DNA of 64,000 nucleotides, taken from Histomonas meleagridis 2922-C6/04-290x (taxonomy: Eukaryota > Protista > Parabasalia). The position numbers and the translations under genes are program-made. The stretch lies in the NCBI GenBank assembly GCA_020184695.1, contig JAANOX010000230.1:1-64000 (forward strand). The letters run 5' to 3'. Below the pieces are notes generated by a model. The model did no database searches. It saw nothing but the letters and a program-made list of their open reading frames with translations, and was not told where the DNA came from. This document shows, in pieces, positions 12,149-22,696 of this stretch. Numbering within the stretch: position 1 is the first letter of the stretch; each line of letters opens with the position of its first letter.

Positions 12149-12705
12149 TGATCTTTTGGCACTTTTATAAGACTTTAGTCAAACTTGTACTTTGAATTGA
12201 AAAAACTTTGACCAAGACAACCGCTTGGTTTTCAGTCAAATACGTTAAAAAACATTGACAAAAGTTAATAACGTTACCTAATTAGTCTTTCGGTTATCTT
12301 CATAAGTATAACAAGAGCTTAAAAAGTTTTTCGAGTCGGAAATAATCGTATTGTAATATTTGGGGGGCTGATTTTTCGCACGTAAATTCAATCCATTTTG
12401 ATCACCTTAGAAATTGAAAAGATAATTGGTCGGATAGGGATTAAAAAAAATATAAATGACTCGCTTAATGTACACACACTAAATTTAAATATCATTTCCA
12501 GATGATAGAACTAAATTTAGTTACATAAATTGTTTAAAATAATTTAAATTTATGAATTTCTATATCGAACGAAGATCACAACACGTGCTGCTTCCTTATG
12601 ATAAACGGTCGTTGTTATGTAATAACTTTTTATATAGTTTATTGATTTCCTGTACGATAAATTTTCAATGCTTGCTCATGCAATCGTATTTGCACATCAT
12701 TTCTA

Positions 12706-13083
12706 ATGGAAACGAAACAAGACGAAGCAGCTCTCGCAAGATGCTATGACGAAATGTACCAATACATGATCAACAAAAACACAAAAGCTCTTGGTAATTT
12801 GTTAGCTGACAATTTTGTCCTTATTCATATGACTGGTTTAAGGCAACCTAAAAATGAATATCTTAAATCCATTGCAGACGGAACATTGAATTATTATTCA
12901 TGTACAGACACTGACTTAAGTATTACAATTCATAGCGAAAAAGCCAAAATGATAGGCAAAAGCAAAGTTGCTGCAGCGGTCTACGGTGGCGGCCGAATCA
13001 CATGGCGCTTGCAACTTAACATTGACTTAGAAAAGATAAACGACAAATGGCTTATAACGTTGATACGCGCTTCTACATATTAA
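12706..13083 (+). CDS. DUF4440 / NTF2-like (SnoaL-like) protein of bacterial type
   Basis: LGNLLADNFVLIHMTGLRQPKNEYL...GTLNYY...WRLQL...W....ASTY closely resembles gut-bacterial DUF4440 proteins (recognised from memory, not searched). Confidence 0.75.
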   Translation: METKQDEAALARCYDEMYQYMINKNTKALGNLLADNFVLIHMTGLRQPKNEYLKSIADGTLNYYSCTDTDLSITIHSEKAKMIGKSKVAAAVYGGGRITWRLQLNIDLEKINDKWLITLIRASTY

Positions 13084-14590
13084 ATAATATCAATTCCTTC
13101 TTGTTCAAGAAGTAATTTAACTATTTCTGTATAACCATCTCTAGATGCTTTGATAAGTGCTGTTTGAAATAATTGAAATAATTTCCAAATAGTATTTTGA
13201 AATATAAAATTATTAAAATAAATTTCAAATAAAACAAATAAATGTTTTTATCATTAATGTTAACTCCTTTTTCTAATATATATTTAACCACTTCAACATT
13301 TCCTGATTTTACAGAGCAAAGTAAAATATTTTTAGGAATTTGATTGGATTCAAGAAAATATTTAACAAGATAAATATTTCCTAATCTTGCTGATACATTA
13401 ATAATATTATCATTAATCTTCATTCCTTTTTTTATCAAAAATGTAAAAATTTCATAATTATGATATAAAACACATTTCTTTCCTAATTTTTCTAAATCAA
13501 CAATTCCATCCAATTCACACATATACTTAAAGATATCGTTTTGATGGAATTCGATTGCTGTTTCATATCCACCTTTAAATGATGAATGATTTTGTTCACA
13601 TAAATGAAAGATTTCAAGATTTCCACCTGCAATTGCATTTTTACCTGTGTTTTCTAATTTTGCACCATTCATAAGTAAATATTTAAAACATTTAATTGAT
13701 CCAAAAAATGCTGAATAATCAATTAATTTAACATATTCTTGATTAATAAATGAACATCTTTCATAAAGTGATTTTGGAATTGTTTTATTAAAATCAAAAT
13801 TTGTTTGTGATGAAATTTCTTGAAGTTTTTCTATTTCATCATTTCGAATTATTTTTGCAAGTTCATTTGGATTATGTCCTTCTTTAATCAATTTCTTATG
13901 AAGTTCCCAATCATTCTTTGAAAGTTCTTTGTCTTTGTAGAAAGTTTTCAATCGTTTGCATTGTACATAAATTGATGATTTAAACTCTAGAGTCTCAGCA
14001 AATTGCAAACGTATATCAATATCACGAATCATTTGATTAATTTCATTATCTGACATATAATGTGCAAAGTTTGGAGTTTTTAAATATTGAACAATATTTG
14101 GCTCGAGTAAATTGTTCTCAATCATATTTTCAATAAGATATTCTGATTCTTTTGTTAAACCACTAAGAATATTAACAAACACATCAAACATTTTGGGTTG
14201 GATTTTCTTTATCTCTTGCATTTTTGAAATTTATTTAATAAAATCCAAATATATGTCAAATTCGTTTAATTTTATAGTAAAAAAATGATATATCATTTGA
14301 CTAACTACTATGTTAAAAGATAAATTGATATCAAATTTTTCAAATATTAAATTTGAAGATTGGGAAATATTTTCTTTATTTAGATTATAAACAATTTGTT
14401 TGATTAATAAAATTGTGTCCCATTCATTATTTGCTTTTTTCATTTTTTCTTGATGAAACAAAATTTGACAAATTTACTTTTCTGATAATTGAGGAGATAA
14501 TTGGTTAGATACGATCAAATATGATTGATTTTTCTATCGTTGTTCATCAAGTTATTATTCTGTTTTTGTGTAAATAATGCAAAAGTCCAT
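13080..14590 (-). pseudogene. DUF3447-ankyrin family copy with nonsense codons in the N-terminus, one 68-nt spacer and one truncated module
   Basis: ATG at 14590 is in frame with ORFs 14231..14461 and 13121..14221 but interrupted by TAA/TAG. The core ELAKIIRNDEIEKLQEISSQ...LIDYSAFFGSIKCFKYL is shared with paralogues. Spacer at 13170-13237. Confidence 0.8.
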
Positions 14591-14738
14591 TTGGAATTAA
14601 AAAAAAAAAAAATTATATTTCGTTTTTCATAATGCAATTACGTATATATGTTATATATCCATAATGTCAAGAACGCTTTGTACGATGGTGCAAAATCGCT
14701 CTATTTAATATCAAAAATATTCAAAACACTTTTTATTC

Positions 14739-17246
14739 TTAAGCCCATTTCTGATCAATTCTTTGATCATATTTCTTACATTCGCTTAACAACATGAAGA
14801 TTGACGTAGTAAACAATGAAATTTGAGAAATTTCTTTTTCGGTGAACAACTCATTAATGAAACCGCATTTTAGGACGAACTGCTGCAAGAATTTGCTTAG
14901 CAAAAACACGTGTTTTGCGTTTGTGTTCAGCACCACCCACAGCAAACACACGTCGCAATTGAGTCCCGGGCAATTAATGCACAAATTGGAAACATTTGCA
15001 GTCATTTCGAGTACGTAATGTACGATGACTGAAATTCCAGAATTCGGACGAATGTGTCCTAAAAGATCACTGCATCTTTGTAAGTATTTAATTTTAGAGA
15101 AGAAACTTTCGTTTTGTTCCTTTGTTACATTTTCGATTATTTCGTTTCGATGTTTTTCGATGATTTTTGTCACGATTACGGAATGTTTCCAAATATTTTC
15201 CGATGATTTATTTAATGTAAATCTTCTAAATGTTATATGCTCTGTAAGTCTAAAGTAAAGTATTCGCGATATTTTTTGGATTCCATCTTCGTTCACAGTC
15301 ATTTCGAGTAATTTATTCGTAGCAATTGATAATATTTGCGTCATTACTTCTTTTAGTATATTTGAGTCATTAACAAATTCATGCGCTTTAGTCATAGCTT
15401 CTTTAATCGAATCACACATAGTATCAGACATAAAAATTTCGGCAATTTCTAATAATAAATGACTTTGTACATTTTTCCTTATGTCATGAACAATTTCTAA
15501 CGCTGATTTAATTTTTTGGTTTTGAGTTCTCATTGAAGAAGTTTTATCGATTAATTTATATGTTAATTTATCATTTTTATTTGCTTCTTGTATAATTTTA
15601 TCGATAATTTCTTCATCGGAATTTTTAATTTTATCAATTGCAAACTTTAATATTAGTTCTGTTTGAATGACAAAATTTGGTGAGATATACATTGGCAAAA
15701 GTAACAATAAATCATTAAATAATTCTTCTGTAGTTTTCACATTTAATAAATCAATGATCTTTTGGAACGGTGGATATTCCACAAAGACTCCACATAATTG
15801 TTGGATATATGGATCTTTCATTATATTATTTTGTGGTTCTTGTTCATCAGGGAATATTGAAACAGGTATTAACTTTTTATCTTCGAGTAAATTATTCTTT
15901 GTTCGACTTACGCTTATATAAAAATGTTGATTTGCTTTTTTAGTTTTTGGTGGAATTGTACTTAACTTCGATATAATTTTCCCAATTTGTTCATTAAATA
16001 ATTCACTTGAATTTGTTACGATCTGTTTAAATAAGATTAAGTCGGTGCCAGTGATTAATATCTCTTTAGGAAATGATGTATATGTTTGTAAGATCTCTGT
16101 CTCGCAGATCATAAATGAATCAATCATTTCATCAGAGACTAAACGATTAATGATCTTAACTAAGTTTAAGTCATTATAAGATGGAAACTTACTCAGAATT
16201 CGTTTCAGAAATCGGAAACTATTCGATTGTAATGATGCAATGTATTTCGTTCGTAATACATCAGCAATATCATGCGCAGGTTCCCAATTCTGATGCGATG
16301 GATGCCACGGAAGTAATCCAAGTAATGATGGATTATCAAGCGCGCGATTGATAAACGCTTCGAAAAAAACTAAATATAAATCAACGCCAAATTCATATAG
16401 AAAATGACATAACTTAAAGACGCCGCGTGGCATTAACTCTAAACATTGATATAATGAGTTACATACTTCAATGGCATAATGAAGAATTTGCTCCCAATAA
16501 TCAAATGGAGCAATTCCTTCATATGTCGCTTGAAATGTGGTTCGGAGATCACGTAATTGTGATAATGAATGAAGATGAATGATAATTGGTGCTAACGAAG
16601 ATTGGAAATATGAAAAAGACGCCGCATTAAAGAGATATGAAACGGCAAATGATATAAATGGTTCGTACTTGGATGAGGCTACAATTGGATCACGATTGGA
16701 GTATTTGAGTTTACGCGCTTCGGTTTGTAATGAAATTTCAACGTTTTTGTTTTGTTTAAATTGTAAAATCGCCATCTCTTTTAAGACTTGAAAAAGAAGT
16801 TCATCTTCTTCTTGAGACCAGCCTTGTTGAAAGAGTGAGAGAAAAAGTGAATACGAGATTTTTTGTATTTTGGAAGGATTTTGACACGAATAATCATATA
16901 AAATTTTTGCAAGTACTTTTGGATTGCGTCGTGTGTGTAACAAAAGAAATGTAAAATGGTTGGTGGAGTTTGGATCAAAAAAACTAAGATTATACTGCAA
17001 AGGAGACATATTAAGTCCGCAAAATGCTTGTGAATTAAGTATTTTTTCAATCGTGCGAGGTTTCCGATCAACTACCTTTTCACGGATTAAAGCAAGATGT
17101 CTTAATTCGCATATTAGCATTTGTGAATTTTTTGAAATATGTTTTACAAGTTTTTCTTGTTTTACCTTTTGTGATGTGATCAAATGAACACTTGAAGTCA
17201 GCCTGCTTTGTTCTTGTGATAGAACATGTAGGGAATTATTGGACAT
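14739..17246 (-). CDS. GAPVD1/RME-6-like protein (RasGAP-like N-terminal domain, possible VPS9-like C-terminus)
   Basis: 835-aa ORF. RRNPKVLAKIL...LFLSLFQQGWSQEEDELL and FFEAFINRALDNP resemble the GAPVD1 RasGAP region. C-terminal similarity is weak. Confidence 0.45.
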   Translation of the reverse strand: MSNNSLHVLSQEQSRLTSSVHLITSQKVKQEKLVKHISKNSQMLICELRHLALIREKVVDRKPRTIEKILNSQAFCGLNMSPLQYNLSFFDPNSTNHFTFLLLHTRRNPKVLAKILYDYSCQNPSKIQKISYSLFLSLFQQGWSQEEDELLFQVLKEMAILQFKQNKNVEISLQTEARKLKYSNRDPIVASSKYEPFISFAVSYLFNAASFSYFQSSLAPIIIHLHSLSQLRDLRTTFQATYEGIAPFDYWEQILHYAIEVCNSLYQCLELMPRGVFKLCHFLYEFGVDLYLVFFEAFINRALDNPSLLGLLPWHPSHQNWEPAHDIADVLRTKYIASLQSNSFRFLKRILSKFPSYNDLNLVKIINRLVSDEMIDSFMICETEILQTYTSFPKEILITGTDLILFKQIVTNSSELFNEQIGKIISKLSTIPPKTKKANQHFYISVSRTKNNLLEDKKLIPVSIFPDEQEPQNNIMKDPYIQQLCGVFVEYPPFQKIIDLLNVKTTEELFNDLLLLLPMYISPNFVIQTELILKFAIDKIKNSDEEIIDKIIQEANKNDKLTYKLIDKTSSMRTQNQKIKSALEIVHDIRKNVQSHLLLEIAEIFMSDTMCDSIKEAMTKAHEFVNDSNILKEVMTQILSIATNKLLEMTVNEDGIQKISRILYFRLTEHITFRRFTLNKSSENIWKHSVIVTKIIEKHRNEIIENVTKEQNESFFSKIKYLQRCSDLLGHIRPNSGISVIVHYVLEMTANVSNLCINCPGLNCDVCLLWVVLNTNAKHVFLLSKFLQQFVLKCGFINELFTEKEISQISLFTTSIFMLLSECKKYDQRIDQKWA

Positions 17247-17451
17247 TTAGTCCTTTTCCAAAAGATTTTTTTTAACCGACTTATATCTGACAAAACGATA
17301 GCAAATTCCCACAATATCCATTGAATTTTTGAAAACAAACTCCGGCAACCGATCAAAAAGCTAACAAAAAACGAGCGGTTTGCCTCAATCTTGTAACAAA
17401 GACAGGAAACAATTATTACATCCAAACATTTTAATACATCAGCTCAATTAT

Positions 17452-17769
17452 TTATATACGAGCATATTCGTTCCTTCTTCTATTATTGCATATTCTAACA
17501 ATCATATCTATAATAATTGATACAATAAGAATTGAAAACCCAATTGCATGCCGAACAGAATTTTTTGCATCGCCCCCAAGTTCTTCTATGCAGCGCCTTG
17601 TTCTAGTTGTTTCTTTATTTTTGCAAATATATGTTGCATTTGTCGGATGACAAGTTAAGTCATCAAAACAATAAAAACATCCTTTGACATCGAGGCAACG
17701 CAGACAGTTCGTTTTGCCTGTTATGCACGTTGCTTCAAGATTTAAAGCCAGAAGGATGCAGAATAACAT
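17452..17769 (-). CDS. Small PSI-domain single-pass membrane protein (PTTG1IP-like)
   Basis: Signal peptide from MLFCILL, then CLRCLDVKGCFYCFDDLTC (PSI pattern), a TM helix and a C-terminal YARI (YxxPhi) motif. Confidence 0.6.
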   Translation of the reverse strand: MLFCILLALNLEATCITGKTNCLRCLDVKGCFYCFDDLTCHPTNATYICKNKETTRTRRCIEELGGDAKNSVRHAIGFSILIVSIIIDMIVRICNNRRRNEYARI

Positions 17770-18081
17770 TTTGAAGAAACGTTTCCAAAGTAAATAAACG
17801 GGCATTGATCATCCAATTCTGCTTCATTGTTTTGATTGAGCTGGCATTTGTTTTTTCATCGTCTTTTAGGTGTTGTACAAATTTATAATACGAGTTACAT
17901 GATTTATCATAATTAAATAATATGCTTGCTCTTTTTTTATTTATTAGAAATACTCTGTTTATATTCACTCTTTTCCCTCGAACATGTAAAATGTGTAAAC
18001 AACAAAAAAATCTTAAAATATTTTTATAGGATGTTCATATGAAATGTCATATGAAAATGTACGTTTGACAAATTTTTTTGA

Positions 18082-18801
18082 ATGTCTGGAGACGCGACCA
18101 TAGAGCTAAGAGCGCATTCTCGAGATCTTGGAAAGATATCCCTTGCAAGGCTTCCAAAGAGCTTTAATCGTGCTTGTTTTCTTTTAATAAATACAACACA
18201 AAGCTATCGGTTGAATGAAGGAGCAGCACCAATTCTCCGAGCAACCAAAATTGCAAAATGCTTTTCTTCCTTTGGCTATGAAGTTTATTCCATGATAAAT
18301 CCCCATTGTTTAATGTTTGCTGAATTTTTCCAAATCTTTTTAAAAAGAACCAAAAATCACTTAATATTTTTCTCCATCGGTAGAGGAGGAATCGAAAGCT
18401 CATCGTCTCTTTCTTTTGATGATGAACCAATGGAAGATGATCAATTTTTGTCAATTGTAAATAATCAACGAAGCCAAAACCTTAAAGTCACATTGATATG
18501 TGAAAACTGTGCTAACAACTCAGTGTTTCAAAACATCGAATCATTTTCTCCGAATACTGTTTTAATTGGCTGCTTTAATACAAATAATCAATCCAGCAAA
18601 CATGATATATTTGTTGAACACTTTATTCGAGAAGTTAAAAATAGAAAACAAATCACAAACATACAATTACATGACTCTTTAAGAATCATAATGAATCGGA
18701 ATCAAATTCAATTATCAGTTTTTTGCAAACCCGATGAATTACTTAATCAGCCATTTGCTGAGTACAATCCAAAGAAGGAAATGAATGAATTGATAAACTA
18801 G
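18082..18801 (+). CDS. Metacaspase-like (clan CD, C14) protein, catalytic His replaced
   Basis: RACFLLINT...KCFSSFGYEVYSMINP...LIFFSIGRG...LICENC follows the trichomonad metacaspase-like pattern, with GRG in place of GHG. Confidence 0.6.
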   Translation: MSGDATIELRAHSRDLGKISLARLPKSFNRACFLLINTTQSYRLNEGAAPILRATKIAKCFSSFGYEVYSMINPHCLMFAEFFQIFLKRTKNHLIFFSIGRGGIESSSSLSFDDEPMEDDQFLSIVNNQRSQNLKVTLICENCANNSVFQNIESFSPNTVLIGCFNTNNQSSKHDIFVEHFIREVKNRKQITNIQLHDSLRIIMNRNQIQLSVFCKPDELLNQPFAEYNPKKEMNELIN

Positions 18802-19162
18802 ATTTATATTTGACTTTTTTTTGTCGCATAAATTTCCAAATCAAAATTTTAAAATTAATAAATTAATCCAACATTCCTATTTTTTCTTTTGAATTAATTG
18901 GTGATTAGAATAATTATTAAGAAAATTTTCTTGGTATTTAAGATGAGATATTTGTGTAAATATTATTGCTGAGAGTTGCCAACGGTTTTATCAATCAATT
19001 ATTCACTCAAAATTAAGGTTTTTGGCAAGTCACTTTTCAAAACGTTCGCTAGATGAATTCATAAAAAAATAAACCGAAAACAAGACCAATTTTTAATAGA
19101 CTTTTGAAGGGGTAGTGGCGGGTATAACACAAAATTCAAAATGAATTGAATTTTTCAATCCC

Positions 19163-21292
19163 GTGCCCTTAAGTTTTGCTTGCATGAGCATTAACGCCAC
19201 ACACCAAAGTTCAGAGAACGAGACGTCGACCAATCTATCTGACAACGAAAGCTTTAATACGTCACCGTCTTCTGGACTTCATGTTTCTTCACTAATCAAT
19301 GAATCAAAAGTTTCTATAGAAAATAATGGCAATACCAGCATTTCACATAAAGATTCAATCAACTCTTTAGAAGGTTTTATGAATACCCCATCAGATACCC
19401 CAAACTCCAAACAAAGAACAAATCCAATAGTCAGAAAAATAATACAACAACCAGTTAGGCGAAGGGTGGTTCAACCTATTGTTGAAGAAAAGCCAAGCCT
19501 TCCTAATCCAGTTCGCATAATGCCATTACCTTCTATTCCTCCAATGAAGACAAATTTCCCACAACAACGAACACAGTCAGAACCATACATTCAAAGTCAG
19601 CCTGCAGTTTCATCCTTTTCTCCATCATTTTACCAACCAAATTTTACATATAATAATATTTACTACCCACAACAGATCTATCCAGTATACCCACAGTACG
19701 TCCAAATTCCTCCGCAACCAATTACAGTTCCAAAACCAGTTATTCAACGAAATTCAATTCCACAACCAATTGTAATTCCGTTAAAACCAGATGAAATGTT
19801 AATACCAGATCCATTTCCATTGACAAAAAATGGCAAACAAATCTTTTTACGATGTGTTTGTGAAGAGCATCATTCAGAAGGATTATTAATTCAATGCAAA
19901 AAATGTCAGAACTACTTACATGCAATGTGTGTGAACGAGTATAAACAGCGAGAAACTTATATTTGTCCCTATTGTGCTAAGAAAAAGATACGTTGTAAAT
20001 GTAATCGTAATACTCTTTATAATGAACCTTTAATTCAATGTACCGAGTGTAAAATGTGGGTTCATAAGTCATGTGAAAAACTTGATTTCGGAGCGAACCC
20101 AAAGAACTTCAAGTGCTCTAATTGTGGCCAATACACATATGAAATTCCGTATGCCACTTTTGGAGAAAAAGACGTTACAGTTCCCGACGGTTATGTTACA
20201 GTTGATTTTGACAGAACCGATTTTATCAATTCAATTCCGAACGGTTATTTCTCCAAACTCATTACAGAAGAAATTGGAAAAACTCAAATTCCTTTTAGGA
20301 AAACATTAGAGAAATATTTTCATCTATTTGCTTCTCTATTATTTGCTCAGACGCATGAATTTTGGAAAGTTTTTAACAACACTTTTTGTAAACTACTCAA
20401 TTGTGAAAGACAAGTTCTTTTAAATGCAATTGACATATTAACAACGCGACTTATATACAATGAAAAATTATCTCATGAAGTAGATCCAAATAACGATAGT
20501 TTTTCATACACAGAGTCTATTGAAGATCTTTTAAACTCGACACAAATTCCACGAATAGAAAAAGAACCGGAACAAATCGAAATATATAAAGGTGAAGACG
20601 AACATATTCATTCGACAGTACAAATAGAAGATGGCGCGTTAATATGTCTTCTTCCAGGTCTTCTAATGCATACAGATGAAGTTGAATGTGAAAATGGAAT
20701 TCCGCTTTCATGTTTAGTTGTAACAGATACGAGTGTAGTGATTGACACAAACAAAACAAATTTTCCTTTTACGCCATATTTTCGACGGAGTTTTCATTTT
20801 AATTGTATTGTGAAATTAATTCGCGTTAATGATGAAATTCGAGTCGGATTATTTGCTACACGAATGAAAGGACCATTAAACGAAGAGAAGTCAAGAAGAG
20901 GATTCGCGATACAAAAAGATTGTGAAATAATTCTTCCGTTTGATGGCGAAATTCCTTATCCAACACCGAAATGTGAATGGAAAGAAAAGAAGAGAAAAGT
21001 GAAAACAATAATCGAAATTAAAGATGACCCCGAATATAAAACAAGTATGCAAACAAGAGCTGCAATTAAAAAGAAGAATAAGTCGGACGATGAATTGTTA
21101 ATGAGCATTTCAAGAAAACATGAATTGGCTTCCGGTATATCATTGTTAAGTACATTCACTGACGAAAGTGTTCCGGTAATTCCTTTTATTTTGCTGCCGG
21201 ATGATGAAGCTGTGCAAAGGTTTAAGGAGAAACAAGAAAAAGGAAAATTTAAAGGGAAAAAGATTAGTAAGTATACAAGTGTCCTCGATTAA
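19163..21292 (+). CDS. Double PHD-finger protein with a degenerate SET-like domain (Set3/MLL5-like)
   Basis: Two PHD patterns (RCVC...IQCKKCQNYLHAMC...ICPYC and RCKC...IQCTECKMWVHKSC...KCSNC) and SET-like RRSFHFNCIVK...GLFAT...KDCEIILPFD. The first ATG is probably 19184. Confidence 0.75.
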   Translation: MPLSFACMSINATHQSSENETSTNLSDNESFNTSPSSGLHVSSLINESKVSIENNGNTSISHKDSINSLEGFMNTPSDTPNSKQRTNPIVRKIIQQPVRRRVVQPIVEEKPSLPNPVRIMPLPSIPPMKTNFPQQRTQSEPYIQSQPAVSSFSPSFYQPNFTYNNIYYPQQIYPVYPQYVQIPPQPITVPKPVIQRNSIPQPIVIPLKPDEMLIPDPFPLTKNGKQIFLRCVCEEHHSEGLLIQCKKCQNYLHAMCVNEYKQRETYICPYCAKKKIRCKCNRNTLYNEPLIQCTECKMWVHKSCEKLDFGANPKNFKCSNCGQYTYEIPYATFGEKDVTVPDGYVTVDFDRTDFINSIPNGYFSKLITEEIGKTQIPFRKTLEKYFHLFASLLFAQTHEFWKVFNNTFCKLLNCERQVLLNAIDILTTRLIYNEKLSHEVDPNNDSFSYTESIEDLLNSTQIPRIEKEPEQIEIYKGEDEHIHSTVQIEDGALICLLPGLLMHTDEVECENGIPLSCLVVTDTSVVIDTNKTNFPFTPYFRRSFHFNCIVKLIRVNDEIRVGLFATRMKGPLNEEKSRRGFAIQKDCEIILPFDGEIPYPTPKCEWKEKKRKVKTIIEIKDDPEYKTSMQTRAAIKKKNKSDDELLMSISRKHELASGISLLSTFTDESVPVIPFILLPDDEAVQRFKEKQEKGKFKGKKISKYTSVLD

Positions 21293-21548
21293 TAAATTGT
21301 TTAGATATTTTTTATGTAATTTGTTTCATTTTAAAAGTAATTTTGTTTCTATAGTTAAAAATGATTTTTAGCGATTATAATTTTTAAATTGATTGTTCAA
21401 ATAAAAATTAATTTTTATTATCCATCGCATTAAAAATTTGGTATTCACTTATAATAAAGTCATATTACTTCCTGCAAGCAAAAATTTAAAAATTAATATT
21501 TAATAATAATAAAAATATTTTAAGAAAAAGTACAAAAACATGGATGAG

Positions 21549-21860
21549 TTACTCTATTTCTATTGATAAACTGCGATATTGAACAACCATTGGTTTTTGG
21601 TTATCCTCTAGGACAAATTGAGAAACATTTCGTTCTGCTTGTACAGCAGATTTAACAGTTTCGTATAGTTTCTTTAGTCTTGCAACTTCAGTTTTCATAT
21701 GTAAGAGTTGAAATTGAAGTAATTTGATTTTTTTTTCATCTTCATTTTTGGGAAGTTCTACAGTCACAGATTTGCTTCTGTGTTCATCGTATTTTTGTTC
21801 AAGCCCTTGAAGCGATTCTATTGTCTTTTTTGTTAACTGGTCAAGTGGAAATTGGTACAT
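21549..21860 (-). CDS. Hypothetical small coiled-coil protein
   Basis: 103-aa ATG ORF with heptad character. No family recognised. Confidence 0.5.
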   Translation of the reverse strand: MYQFPLDQLTKKTIESLQGLEQKYDEHRSKSVTVELPKNEDEKKIKLLQFQLLHMKTEVARLKKLYETVKSAVQAERNVSQFVLEDNQKPMVVQYRSLSIEIE

Positions 21861-22104
21861 TTCCCAAATTTAAAGGTCATTTTTAGGGGCACCCTGAAAA
21901 AAATGAGCTAATGAAAATTAATTAACTTCTCACATAATTTCCACCAAATTCCAAACAATATTTATTCCAAAAATACCAATAAAACTTTGATATTTATATT
22001 CTTTTGGTGAGAAAACATCGGACATTGTGTGTGTTTATTTTTTTCTTAATCAATAACCCCTTTTTAAATCTAAATTTTCAATTATATATGCGAAAACACG
22101 AAAA

Positions 22105-22460
22105 AATCAGATTGCAAAAATCATAATCAAAATGATATGTATCTTTTTTGTTTAATTAAACTTAACCTGATAAAAAAAAACCTTACTTAATTTAAGGAGT
22201 TCATGATCATAAAAATATTTGAAGATATCATTTCGATGAAATTGTGAAATATTTTCATTTTTAGTTAAAGAAGGAATGAAAATCAATGATGATATTATTA
22301 ATGAAGCTGTATTAACAGGAAATTTATTTCGTTCAAAATATTTTCTTAAATTCAATTAAATCTCAAAAAATATTTTAAAATTTTCAATGGAACTTGGAAG
22401 TGTTGAACTTGTCAAAACTATTTTAGAAAAAGAAGGAATGAAAATAAATGCTAAATACAA
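22105..22460. pseudogene. Decayed DUF3447-ankyrin fragment with an internal inversion
   Basis: Plus strand 22246-22460 reads EIFSFLVKEGMKINDDIINEAVLTGNL...N*ISKNIL...ELVKTILEKEGMKINAK. The segment that precedes it in paralogues (FHRNDIFKYFY...) lies on the minus strand at ~22105-22245. Confidence 0.65.
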
Positions 22461-22696
22461 AATAAATTTTAATAATTTTTTTCAATCATAATTTTAATTA
22501 ATAACCATTTTTTTTCAAATCGTCAACCGAAATGTTTTATTGTACAATTTTTGAATTTATTGTTTGGCAACATCAAATAAAAGCACAATTTGTGCTTAAT
22601 TTTCCACTATTTCTCAACTTTCTATACATTTGCAAATAAAACAAGACAAAATCATTAACGAGATAATATTTATTATTTAACACACATAAATGACAT

